The notes under the pieces are model-generated. The model was not told the DNA's origin. It did not search any database and saw only the letters and a list, made by a program, of their open reading frames with translations. The translations under genes and the position numbers were made by a program. This document shows, piece by piece, positions 36,989 to 45,483 of a stretch of 62,970 bases of DNA. The stretch lies in contig CAVZJB010000015.1 of the NCBI GenBank assembly GCA_963775425.1, forward strand, positions 1 to 62,970, read 5' to 3'. Each line of letters starts with the position of its first letter. The stretch's first letter is position 1. The DNA comes from an uncultured delta proteobacterium. Its GTDB lineage: Bacteria; Myxococcota; UBA727; VGSZ01.

Positions 36989-39900
36989 CTACGTCGTTGT
37001 GGGACCCTGGCACAACAGCCTCCACTGCTGAAGGATGCGGCGCCGGATGACCTGCTCCTCCGCGTCCAGGTACGCCTGCAAGCGGTCGCTGCGCAGGGTG
37101 ACGTCGTCGACCAGGGTCTCCACGAGGCGCTCCGCGATGAGCAACTGGTGCGTGGCGAAGAAGCGGCTGGTGGTGAACGTATCGGTGAAGCGGGTGAGGT
37201 TGGCCGCGATGGTCTCGCACTGCTGTGCGCGCGCCTCGAGGTCCCAGTGTTTGAGCGCCTCGAGGATGGCGGCGCCAGCTTCGTAACGTTCGACGTGCGA
37301 GCTCGAGAGCGCGCGCTGGAGCGCGTGCTCCACCAACATCTGCGCCCGCTCGACGTCACCGAGCTGGAGGAAGCCGTCGGAGAGGGCGGCGAGGAGCGGG
37401 CCGTTTTCGCGGTCGCTCTGCAGCGCCACCGGCTCGAGCGACGACAGGAAGCGCTGCGCGGCCTCCGCCGCGCCCAGGCGCCGCAGGGCGGCGAGCGCGG
37501 GCTTCACCGCGGAGAGCAGATCGCGCACCGAGGGGACGTTGGGGCTGCGGGCGGCGGCGGCGATGCCGTCGAGGCATTGATCGACGAGCTCCGCGTCCTC
37601 GAGCGTGGCGGCGGCGCGCACGCAGGCGCCGAGCACGCGCACGCGGTGGGCGAGGATCTTGATGCGCGGCAACCCCTTGACGGTGGCGAGCGTGGTGGCG
37701 CGGATGAGCTCGTCGCGCCCCGACGCGAGGGCGGCGCGCAACAGCCGCTCCACGGCGCCGGCGACCTCGTAGTCGTACAGCGTGGTGATCTCCTGGATGC
37801 GTGCCGTGGCGGCCGGCGCCTCGTCGACGTTGCGCTCGGCGTCCTGCACCGTTCGCTCGAGCGCGGGCCGCAACGCCTGCGGCATCTCCTCGGGCGGGCT
37901 GGCGCGCAGCCACAGCGAGCGCTTGGTGAGCCACTCGACCACCCGGCGGTCCTCCGGGCGCGGCAGCGACGCGACCACGGCATCGACCTCCTTCTTCCAC
38001 GCTTCGACGGTTCCTTTGGTGAGGAAGTGGGACAGCCGCGCGATGTACAGCCGCAGGAGCGCGCGGATGGGCGCCTCGACGTGCGCGTCCAGCTCGGCCT
38101 CCAGCGCGCGCACGACGTCGGGCGCCTTGCCGCCGAGGCGGCCGAGGCCGACGGCGAAGATGGCGCGCAGGAAGGCGTCGTGGGACTCGGTGAGCTTGAG
38201 GGGCTGCGGCACCAACTTGGCGAACAGCCGCTCGAGGTGCACGAGCTGCTCGTGGCGCGAGCGGTCCACGGGCGCTGCGTCGTCGCCCGGCATCAACGCC
38301 AGCGACGTGCGCACGAAGCGCGGCAGGTCGAGCGTCTCCGAGAGGCCGCGGGCGTTGAGGATGCCGAGCACCGTCTCCTTGGCGCGGGTGGCGCCGAGGC
38401 TGTCTCGCGAGCGCGCGCAGATGGCGTGCAGCACGCTCCACTGGAGCCGCCCCCCGACGAGGAGCCCGTCGCGCAGGAACGTCTTCTGGGCGTGGTGGAG
38501 GATCTCCTCGTCGACGTCGTCGCCGGCCTCGAGCCCCGCCACCACGCGCGCCGCGAGGAGCGACGTGTGCTCGCGCGTGAGCGACGCGGGGTCGGCCAGC
38601 GCGAGCTCCACGAGCGACGTTTCGGCGAGGCCGCCGCCGTGTTCGAGGGAGCGCAGGGCGCGCGCGAGCTCGGCGGCGGCGCCGGGCTCGCCGAGGAACG
38701 TGGACACCTCGAGGCAGGCGCAGGCGTCGTCGGTGTCGTCGAGGGCGAGCTGCAAGCGGCCGAGCTCGTGCCACGCTGCGCCGTCGCCCGCCGACGTCGA
38801 CAGGACCTGGGCTTCGAGCACGCGGCTGCGCGCCCGCATCGCTGCCACGTCCTTGCTCGTGTCGACGTCGACCGTGGTGTCGCGGACCAACGGTGTCCGC
38901 TGGGCGACGGCTGGCGTGCGGGGCGATCGAGGGGCGCGCGCCTCGGCGGCCACCGCCGCGGCCGGATCGGTCCGCTGGACGGGCCGCTCGATGACGACGC
39001 CGGGGAACGATGCCACGGCGTCCTCGAGCAGGCGGTCGAGCTCCGCGCGCCGGTCGGTGGCGATCCACGTCGTGAAGCGCGACAGCGGCGCGTCCTCGAG
39101 CGTCGCGATGCTGATGACGCGCAGCCCGTCGCCGTCCTCGTCGACGACGACCGCGGCCGCGTCGTCGAGCCCGAGCAACGCCTTCAACTGGTCACGCGCG
39201 AGCTGGGGGACGAGGCGGCGCGCGGGCGGCAGGTAGAGGTTGTCGAGCGCGGGGGCGCGCGCGAAGCCCGGCGCGTCGACGAGCGACGCGATGCGGGGCC
39301 CGAGGCGCTGGAGCTGCGGGCGGATGGCCTCGCGCACGACGTACTGCGGGCGGCCGTCGACGCCGGCGACGCGCGAGACGAGGACGCGGCCGACCTCCTC
39401 GGCCGGGCTCGTGCTCACGAAGTCCTCGAGCTTGAAGAGCTGCTCCGGCGACAAGACCCACAGCTCGGGGTCCGCGGGCTCGGCGGTGCCGAGCCGGAGC
39501 CGCACGGGGAACGACAGCGCGCCCGCGGCCGGCGCGAGCACGTCGTGGCGCGCGGCGAGGTTCGGCCGCACGGCGTCGAGGATGGGGCGCAACCCCCACG
39601 CCGCCGTCGGCGACAGCAGGGTCATGCGCCCGTCTTCGTCGACGACGGCGGCGCGCCCCGCCTCACGGAGCCGATCTTCGAGCAGCGCCGCGAGCGGGTG
39701 GGCCGTGCCCCACGCGGTGAACAACGGGGACGCGGCCGAGGAGCGCGCGAACACCCGCACGCCCTCGCCCTCCTCGTCGCGCGCCCGCAGCAGCAGGTAC
39801 AGCGGCGGCGTCGCCACCCGCACCACCACGCGCGCCTCGGTGGTGGGGCGCGCGGCGTCCGTCCCCGTCGTCGCCGGGCCCTCCCCGGCGGACCCGGTGG

Positions 39901-40393
39901 GCCACCCGACCTCGCCGACGAGCGCGTCGTCCCGGTCGAGCAGCAGCAGGCGCTCGAGCGTGCGCTGCGCGCCGCCGCCGTCGACGTCGGCGACGAAGAG
40001 CGCCTCCGCGGGCACGCTGTCGGCGACGCGCACCGGCCGCACGGCCTCGAGCAGGCCGCGCGCGGGCCGCACGCGCGGCGAGCGCGAAACGGCGGGGATG
40101 CCGGCGGCCGCGGCGAGCGCCAGGTCGCCGAAGGCGGCGCCGCCGGCGTCTTCGACGCGGGCGCCTTCGAGGTGGGCGCCTTCGAGGTGGGCGTCTTCGA
40201 GGTGGATGACGTCGAGGCCGCGGCGCACGAGGTCGAGCGCCGTGTCCTGATCGAGCGCGTCGGTGAAGAGATAGACGCCTTCCGGCCCCGCGTGCTCCTC
40301 CCACGAAGCGTCCACGACGTGCGGCGCGCGCGCCGCCAACGTCGACAGCGCCGCCTTGTCCTTCTCCGTCAGCGAGAGCCGCAGCCCGAACAC
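36989..40393 (-). CDS. Large (1134 aa) protein of FtsH ternary-type operon; helical-repeat C-terminal half
   Basis: Long ORF tightly coupled in the operon; NLYLPPARRLVP, LDLPRFVR, YLDAEEQVIRRRI segments. Confidence 0.8.
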   Translation of the reverse strand: MFGLRLSLTEKDKAALSTLAARAPHVVDASWEEHAGPEGVYLFTDALDQDTALDLVRRGLDVIHLEDAHLEGAHLEGARVEDAGGAAFGDLALAAAAGIPAVSRSPRVRPARGLLEAVRPVRVADSVPAEALFVADVDGGGAQRTLERLLLLDRDDALVGEVGWPTGSAGEGPATTGTDAARPTTEARVVVRVATPPLYLLLRARDEEGEGVRVFARSSAASPLFTAWGTAHPLAALLEDRLREAGRAAVVDEDGRMTLLSPTAAWGLRPILDAVRPNLAARHDVLAPAAGALSFPVRLRLGTAEPADPELWVLSPEQLFKLEDFVSTSPAEEVGRVLVSRVAGVDGRPQYVVREAIRPQLQRLGPRIASLVDAPGFARAPALDNLYLPPARRLVPQLARDQLKALLGLDDAAAVVVDEDGDGLRVISIATLEDAPLSRFTTWIATDRRAELDRLLEDAVASFPGVVIERPVQRTDPAAAVAAEARAPRSPRTPAVAQRTPLVRDTTVDVDTSKDVAAMRARSRVLEAQVLSTSAGDGAAWHELGRLQLALDDTDDACACLEVSTFLGEPGAAAELARALRSLEHGGGLAETSLVELALADPASLTREHTSLLAARVVAGLEAGDDVDEEILHHAQKTFLRDGLLVGGRLQWSVLHAICARSRDSLGATRAKETVLGILNARGLSETLDLPRFVRTSLALMPGDDAAPVDRSRHEQLVHLERLFAKLVPQPLKLTESHDAFLRAIFAVGLGRLGGKAPDVVRALEAELDAHVEAPIRALLRLYIARLSHFLTKGTVEAWKKEVDAVVASLPRPEDRRVVEWLTKRSLWLRASPPEEMPQALRPALERTVQDAERNVDEAPAATARIQEITTLYDYEVAGAVERLLRAALASGRDELIRATTLATVKGLPRIKILAHRVRVLGACVRAAATLEDAELVDQCLDGIAAAARSPNVPSVRDLLSAVKPALAALRRLGAAEAAQRFLSSLEPVALQSDRENGPLLAALSDGFLQLGDVERAQMLVEHALQRALSSSHVERYEAGAAILEALKHWDLEARAQQCETIAANLTRFTDTFTTSRFFATHQLLIAERLVETLVDDVTLRSDRLQAYLDAEEQVIRRRILQQWRLLCQGPTTT
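40159..40203 (-). repeat. 15-bp tandem repeat x3 encoding HLE(D/G)A
   Basis: gggcgccttcgaggt at 40159 and 40174; gggcgtcttcgaggt at 40189. Confidence 0.9.
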
Positions 40394-40394
40394 G

Positions 40395-40661
40395 TCATCC
40401 CTTCGCCTTCACCGCCTCGCGCGCGGCAGGGGCGCGGTCGCCCTCCACCGTGCCGACCTTCTGCCCATCCTTCTGCACGCGCTCGACGACGATCTCGCCC
40501 ATGTCCTCGGTGACCGGCATGCCGAGGATGCTCTCCACGAGCTTCTTGTGGTCCTGCTCGTGCTCGTGCGGCAAGGCGTCGGCGTCGCTCTCGAGGTGGA
40601 TGACGATCTCGCGCTTCCCCGTGGTGGCGTCGCGACGAAAGCGAATGGTGATCTCGGCCAT
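40395..40661 (-). CDS. Small protein of FtsH ternary-type operon (88 aa)
   Basis: MAEITIRFRRD.TTGKREIVIHLESDADALPHEHEQDH; GGAGGGG RBS; ATG 2 bp after upstream stop. Confidence 0.85.
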   Translation of the reverse strand: MAEITIRFRRDATTGKREIVIHLESDADALPHEHEQDHKKLVESILGMPVTEDMGEIVVERVQKDGQKVGTVEGDRAPAAREAVKAKG

Positions 40662-40663
40662 GG

Positions 40664-42829
40664 CTAGTTCCCCTCCACCGTCACCGGCACGCCGGCCGTG
40701 GGCGCCGTGGGCGCCGCGGGCGCCGTCCCCGCCTTCAGCGAAGCGAGGGCGGTCGCGTCGAGCACCTTCTTTTCGAGCAGCATCTCCACCAACGCCGCGT
40801 GCAGCGCCTTGTGCTCGCGCAGGAGCGTGCGGGCGCGCTCGATCTCCGTGCGCAGGATCTCGTCGATGGCGCGGTCCACCTCCGCCCAGCGCTCCTGCGA
40901 GAGCTGGTCGTGCGCGCGCTCGTCCTCGAGGAGCACGCGCGGCGGGAGCCCGTCCACCATGCCGTGGCCCACCACCATCGCGCGCGCGGTCTGCGTGCAG
41001 CGCTGCAGGTCGCCGTAGGCGCCGATGGAGATGTCGCCGCACACCATGCGCTCGGCCTCCATGCCGCCGAGGCCGACGCAGATCTCCGCGTGCAGCTCCT
41101 CCGCCGTGATGGCGTAGGGCCGCTGGCGCGCGACGCGCAAGACGTAGCCGAGGGCGCCGTCGACGTCGGAGCTGATGGTGATCTTCTCCGGCGGCGTGGC
41201 CTTTGGCAGCACCATGGCCAGGATGGCGTGCCCCGACTCGTGCACGGCGATCACCCGCTCCTCCGCCGGGCTCAACACGATGGGGCGCCGCGTCTTCCTC
41301 TGCAGCGCCTTGTCGACATCGTCCTGGGTGAAGGCGCCACCGGAGGCGAAGCGGCCCGGCGCGCGCAACTGCTGGCGCTTGAGCGCGCGGCAGACGGCGT
41401 AGATGTGGTCGCCGGTGAAGGGGATGCCCTTTTCGCGGTCGGCGTAGCCCTCGGTGCGGCGCACGAGGTGCGCGATGATCTTGTCGTCGAGGCCGAGCCC
41501 CATCTTCTTGTTGTAGATGTCGAGGATGGCCTTCCTGTCCTCCTGCGTAGGCGCCGGGATCTCGATCAAGAACTCGAAGCGCCCCGGGCGCATGAGCGCG
41601 CCGTCGAGCGACTCGAGGAAGTTGGTGGTGCCCACCACGAAGATCATCTCGTTCTTGCGAAAGCCGTCCATCTCCGTGAGGAGCTGGTTGACCATCGAGT
41701 GCTCGACGCCGCTGCCCGAGTAGGTGCCGCGCTGGTGCGCGAAGGCGTCGATCTCGTCGAAGATCACGACCGCCGGCGCCGCCTGCCGCGCGCGGCGGAA
41801 CACGCGCCGCAGGTTCTCCTCGCTCTCGCCTACCCATTTGCTCTTGAGCTCGGGTCCGCTGACGATGATCACCGTGGCCGACAGCGACGTGGCGATGGCC
41901 TTGGCGAAGTAGGTCTTTCCGGTGCCCGGCGGCCCGTAGAAGATCACGCCGCGCGGCAGGAGGTTCTCGAGCTCCTTGATGTCGGTCTCGTCCTTGATCT
42001 TGTCCTTGCCGAGCACCAGATCGACGAGGTCCTCCTTCAAGCGCTCCTTCACCTCGCCGTAGCCCCCGATGTCGTCGTCGAGGCTGACGTTGGGAAGCTC
42101 GAGGTCGTCGCGCACCGTCTGCTTGCGGATCTCCCGGTAGATCTCGTCGGCGCGCGGCCGCCCGGGCTGCGCCTCGTGCCGGTGCGCGAGCTCGGAGAAG
42201 ATGCGCCGGCAGCGCACGGGGTTGAGGCCGGAGACGTACTTGTAGAGCGCGAAGGGATCGAATTCGGTGGCCGAGATGGCCCGCGCCTCCCGCTGCGTGA
42301 TGATCTTCTCCAGGGCCTCGCGCGGGATGCCGGTGATCTCGCGGCGCGCGGCGAACACGCCCTCGATGACCTTGGGCATGTCGAAAGTGGGATCGCGAAA
42401 CGCGAGGACGGTGGCCTCGGGGTTTTCGAACAACAGCGGGATGGTCTCGCGCGCCTCCAGCGTCAGCCCCGACGTCGTGGTGGTGAGCACGTCGAGGTGC
42501 GGTAGCACCAGCACGGTCTTGTCGACGCCGGAGCGGATGGCGGCGGCGAGCTGCTCGATCATCCGTCCCATCTGCCCGCCCGCGCGCTCGTCGTCGGGGC
42601 CGGGGCGGCCGTCGACGAGGACGAGCTTGGGCCCGTCTTGCTTCTTCAGCCGCTGGCGGATGCCGATGAACAAAAAGAGCGTGAGCTCCTTGTCGCACTC
42701 CACCACCACGCTCTGGCCGCGCAGCAGACGCTCCTCGATGAACGTGAGGTCGGCGGCGCAGGCCGCCTCCACCGCGTCTTCGATGCTCAGCTCCACGGGC
42801 AAAGACGTGATGGGGACGGTCCTCGTCAC
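40664..42829 (-). CDS. Soluble FtsH-like AAA+ ATPase / M41 metalloprotease
   Basis: YGPPGTGKT, IFDEID, TTN...D.ALMRPGRF, AVHESGHA, GG.EAE, GAYGDL; no TM segments; degenerate AAA-like N-domain. Confidence 0.93.
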   Translation of the reverse strand: MTRTVPITSLPVELSIEDAVEAACAADLTFIEERLLRGQSVVVECDKELTLFLFIGIRQRLKKQDGPKLVLVDGRPGPDDERAGGQMGRMIEQLAAAIRSGVDKTVLVLPHLDVLTTTTSGLTLEARETIPLLFENPEATVLAFRDPTFDMPKVIEGVFAARREITGIPREALEKIITQREARAISATEFDPFALYKYVSGLNPVRCRRIFSELAHRHEAQPGRPRADEIYREIRKQTVRDDLELPNVSLDDDIGGYGEVKERLKEDLVDLVLGKDKIKDETDIKELENLLPRGVIFYGPPGTGKTYFAKAIATSLSATVIIVSGPELKSKWVGESEENLRRVFRRARQAAPAVVIFDEIDAFAHQRGTYSGSGVEHSMVNQLLTEMDGFRKNEMIFVVGTTNFLESLDGALMRPGRFEFLIEIPAPTQEDRKAILDIYNKKMGLGLDDKIIAHLVRRTEGYADREKGIPFTGDHIYAVCRALKRQQLRAPGRFASGGAFTQDDVDKALQRKTRRPIVLSPAEERVIAVHESGHAILAMVLPKATPPEKITISSDVDGALGYVLRVARQRPYAITAEELHAEICVGLGGMEAERMVCGDISIGAYGDLQRCTQTARAMVVGHGMVDGLPPRVLLEDERAHDQLSQERWAEVDRAIDEILRTEIERARTLLREHKALHAALVEMLLEKKVLDATALASLKAGTAPAAPTAPTAGVPVTVEGN

Positions 42830-43356
42830 GCTTTGACCTTGATGGTGATCTCGAGCGAGCCGTCCTGTCCGCGCGTCTCCTGCATGGACTGCACGGAGCC
42901 CATCTGCGCCGCCTTCTGCTTGAGCGCCTCGACGTAGACGCGCTGCGCGGCGTCGTCGAGCTCGCTGCGCACGGCGGGCTCGGCGCGCGCGAGCTGACGC
43001 GTGGCACGCACCTTGGCCTCCTTCTTGGCGTCCTCGCTGCGCTTGTCGAGCGCGGCCTTGGCCTCTTGATCGGTGCGGCCGACGCCCGAGACCTCCTGCT
43101 GCGTCTGCAGCCTGACCGTCACGCTCTTGCCGTCCTTGTCGAGGACGGCGACGGCGTCTTCGCCGAGAGACTTCTCGAGCGTGCCGTCTTTGCCGTCGCG
43201 CCACCCGCGGTCCTTGAGCGTCTGCCGCACGATGTCGCGCATGTCGCCCTCGGGGAGGATGGGCAGCATGTCGAGGCCGATGCACAGCGTGTCGCTGGCG
43301 GTCACGGTTCCGCGGGCGACCTGCATGGGGACCTGAATTCGATAACCACGGCTCAT
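42826..43356 (-). CDS. Hypothetical protein of FtsH ternary-type operon
   Basis: MSRGYRIQV, LPILP...M, EALKQKAAQMG motifs; GTGA overlap downstream. Confidence 0.85.
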   Translation of the reverse strand: MSRGYRIQVPMQVARGTVTASDTLCIGLDMLPILPEGDMRDIVRQTLKDRGWRDGKDGTLEKSLGEDAVAVLDKDGKSVTVRLQTQQEVSGVGRTDQEAKAALDKRSEDAKKEAKVRATRQLARAEPAVRSELDDAAQRVYVEALKQKAAQMGSVQSMQETRGQDGSLEITIKVKA

Positions 43357-43359
43357 GGC

Positions 43360-44463
43360 TCACCCTACCGCGCCCGAAAGTACGCGCGCGAGACCCTCGA
43401 CGTCGGCGCGTGTCGACGCGAGCTCGGCCTCGATCATCGGCACGACGACCTGCGCTTCGGCGTAGCGTTCGTCGCCGTATCTCTCCCGGCCGAGGCGCGC
43501 ACGGGCGTCGTCGACGAACAGCCGCAGATCGACGACACCGAGCATGGCGCGCAGCGCCTCGTCGCGATCGGCCATGCCGCTCGTGCCCGGCAGCCGCAGC
43601 GCGTGGTTGCGCACGTCGAGCCCGGCGGGGAACGCGCGCTTTGGAAGGCACGCGAGGAATCGAACCACCGAGCGCGACAGGTCGAGCCGGCCGTGCGCGT
43701 CGAGGAGCTCGAGCCAGACGCGCAGCGTACGAGCGAACGCGCGCATACCGGCGAGGAAGCGTTGCCGCACGCGGGTGTGGAGCAGCACCTGGCGGAACCG
43801 GGACAGCCACGCCTCGAGCAGGGCGTCGTCGACGCACTCGAGGACGCGCAGCGCGCCCGGCGCCATCAGCGCGCGCAGCGACGCGCGGACCGTGTCGTCG
43901 TCGAACGCGGCGTCGTCCGGCGCGAACAGCAGCGCCAACGGCGCCGCCCGCCGCAGCTCGTGCCGCAGCGCCTCCTCGAGCGCCGGGCCGAGGTGCAGGG
44001 ACGCGGCGTGCTGGTGCGCGAGGGCGAAGAAGACCAGATCGCCGACGCCGTCCGAGCCTTCGGGGGCGAGGGAGCGCACCACCCGGCGCTCCTCGCGGCC
44101 GAGCTCGCCGCCGGCGCGCTTGCTGTGCGCGAGCGGCACGAGGTCGCGCACAGTGGCGTGCCAGAAGGAGCGGGTGGCGCGGGTGAAGCGCAGGTCGAAG
44201 CTGTCGTTGAGCGAGGCGTCCCACAGCCGCCCGGACTTGCGCTTGCCGTCGCGCAAGACCGTGCGCTCGCGGCCGCCGCCGCTGCGCAACAGGAACTGCA
44301 CGGCGCCGGCGGCGACGGTGCGCGCCACCGCCTCGAGCAGGGCGTCGCTCGGCGCGGCGACGTCGATGCGCGGCGGCAGCGCGGGCGCCCGGCCGTGCCC
44401 CACGAGGAGCTCGGCGATGCGCAGGGCGTCGCCCTCGACGGCGCTGAGGTGCAGTTGCGTCAC
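43360..44463 (-). CDS. Hypothetical protein of FtsH ternary-type operon
   Basis: GTG overlaps the radical SAM stop; GGGRER..LR.G....GRLWD, GRLDL, YGDERY.EAQ. Confidence 0.8.
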   Translation of the reverse strand: MTQLHLSAVEGDALRIAELLVGHGRAPALPPRIDVAAPSDALLEAVARTVAAGAVQFLLRSGGGRERTVLRDGKRKSGRLWDASLNDSFDLRFTRATRSFWHATVRDLVPLAHSKRAGGELGREERRVVRSLAPEGSDGVGDLVFFALAHQHAASLHLGPALEEALRHELRRAAPLALLFAPDDAAFDDDTVRASLRALMAPGALRVLECVDDALLEAWLSRFRQVLLHTRVRQRFLAGMRAFARTLRVWLELLDAHGRLDLSRSVVRFLACLPKRAFPAGLDVRNHALRLPGTSGMADRDEALRAMLGVVDLRLFVDDARARLGRERYGDERYAEAQVVVPMIEAELASTRADVEGLARVLSGAVG

Positions 44464-45050
44464 GGAATCACCGTGAGCGCCCCCTTGACCGGGTAGCCGT
44501 TGACCGTGACGACGCCGTTTTTGAGCCGGATCTCGAGGGTGTTGTCCTCGGCGAAGCGCGGGTCGCCGGGGTGGTAGCGCTCGCTCAAGAAGTGCAGCTC
44601 CTGGTTGTCGGAGCCGATCCACCGCCGGCTCGTGGTGCGGCGGGCCTCGAGGTAGCGCCCATCGACGAGCAGGTCCGTGTGCGCGAGCAGGTCGTCGACG
44701 GCGGGGTCTTTTCGCCCGCGCAGCTCCGCGAGCGTGTAGCCAGAAAAGACCATGACGCTCTTGCCGTGGGCGCGAACGCCCCGTGCGACGGCGGCGAGGC
44801 CGGCGGCCTGGGCCGTGGGCTCGCCGCCGAGGAAGCTCACGCCCTCGACGCCGGCGGCGGCCGCCTGCGCCACCAGCGCCGACGCGCGCATCGGCGTGGC
44901 GTCCTGTTGCGGGAGCATCTCGGGGTTACAGCAGCCGGGGCAGCGAAAGGGGCAGCCCTGGACCCACACGGCAAATCGCACACCTGGGCCTTCTGCCTCG
45001 GTCCTGGGCACGACCAGGGCGACCTGGAGAGACGGATCTGCCGGGATCAC
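44460..45050 (-). CDS. NrdG-like radical SAM (activase-type) protein
   Basis: EGPG.RFAVWVQGCPFRCPGC, GVSFLGGEP, DLLVDGRY, WIGSDNQ. Confidence 0.93.
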   Translation of the reverse strand: MIPADPSLQVALVVPRTEAEGPGVRFAVWVQGCPFRCPGCCNPEMLPQQDATPMRASALVAQAAAAGVEGVSFLGGEPTAQAAGLAAVARGVRAHGKSVMVFSGYTLAELRGRKDPAVDDLLAHTDLLVDGRYLEARRTTSRRWIGSDNQELHFLSERYHPGDPRFAEDNTLEIRLKNGVVTVNGYPVKGALTVIP

Positions 45051-45149
45051 AACGCCAACCAACCGCCATTCCTCAGGGTTACATCCACGTACCACCACCG
45101 ACAGGGAAACGGGCGTTTTCGGTGGTTAGTCTGTTGGAGAGGTGACCTG

Positions 45150-45479
45150 ATGCGCAAGACGTACCGACTGCAGACCTGGCGCGGCTGGGATCGTCGCATC
45201 GACGCCTGCGCGCGCGACTTCGAAGCGGAGTTCGGGGTCACGCCGAACCTGCTCGTGGCCAACAACGCGACCCTTCGCCGCATGAACGTCGCGGCCGACA
45301 AGGCGCGGGTCGGCAACGACAAGGGCGAGGAGCCGACCGGCTACGTCGAGCTGAAGGGCTTTGCCACGAGCGACTACGAGCTGCTGTTCGTGCAAGAGGA
45401 CGAGGTGCCTGAAAACAGCTTCGCACTCATCCACGCCTTTGGCATCGACGAGGACGCGGAGCTCGTCGCCACGGTGTGA
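45150..45479 (+). CDS. Hypothetical protein (109 aa)
   Basis: GGAGAGG RBS before ATG; divergent from the operon. Confidence 0.75.
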   Translation: MRKTYRLQTWRGWDRRIDACARDFEAEFGVTPNLLVANNATLRRMNVAADKARVGNDKGEEPTGYVELKGFATSDYELLFVQEDEVPENSFALIHAFGIDEDAELVATV

Positions 45480-45483
45480 GGCC

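Noticed and set aside
40664-42829. Assigning the housekeeping symbol ftsH
   Set aside because: No transmembrane or periplasmic region and an atypical gene context.
44460-45050. Assigning the symbol nrdG
   Set aside because: No nrdD in the window and the gene is embedded in a different operon.
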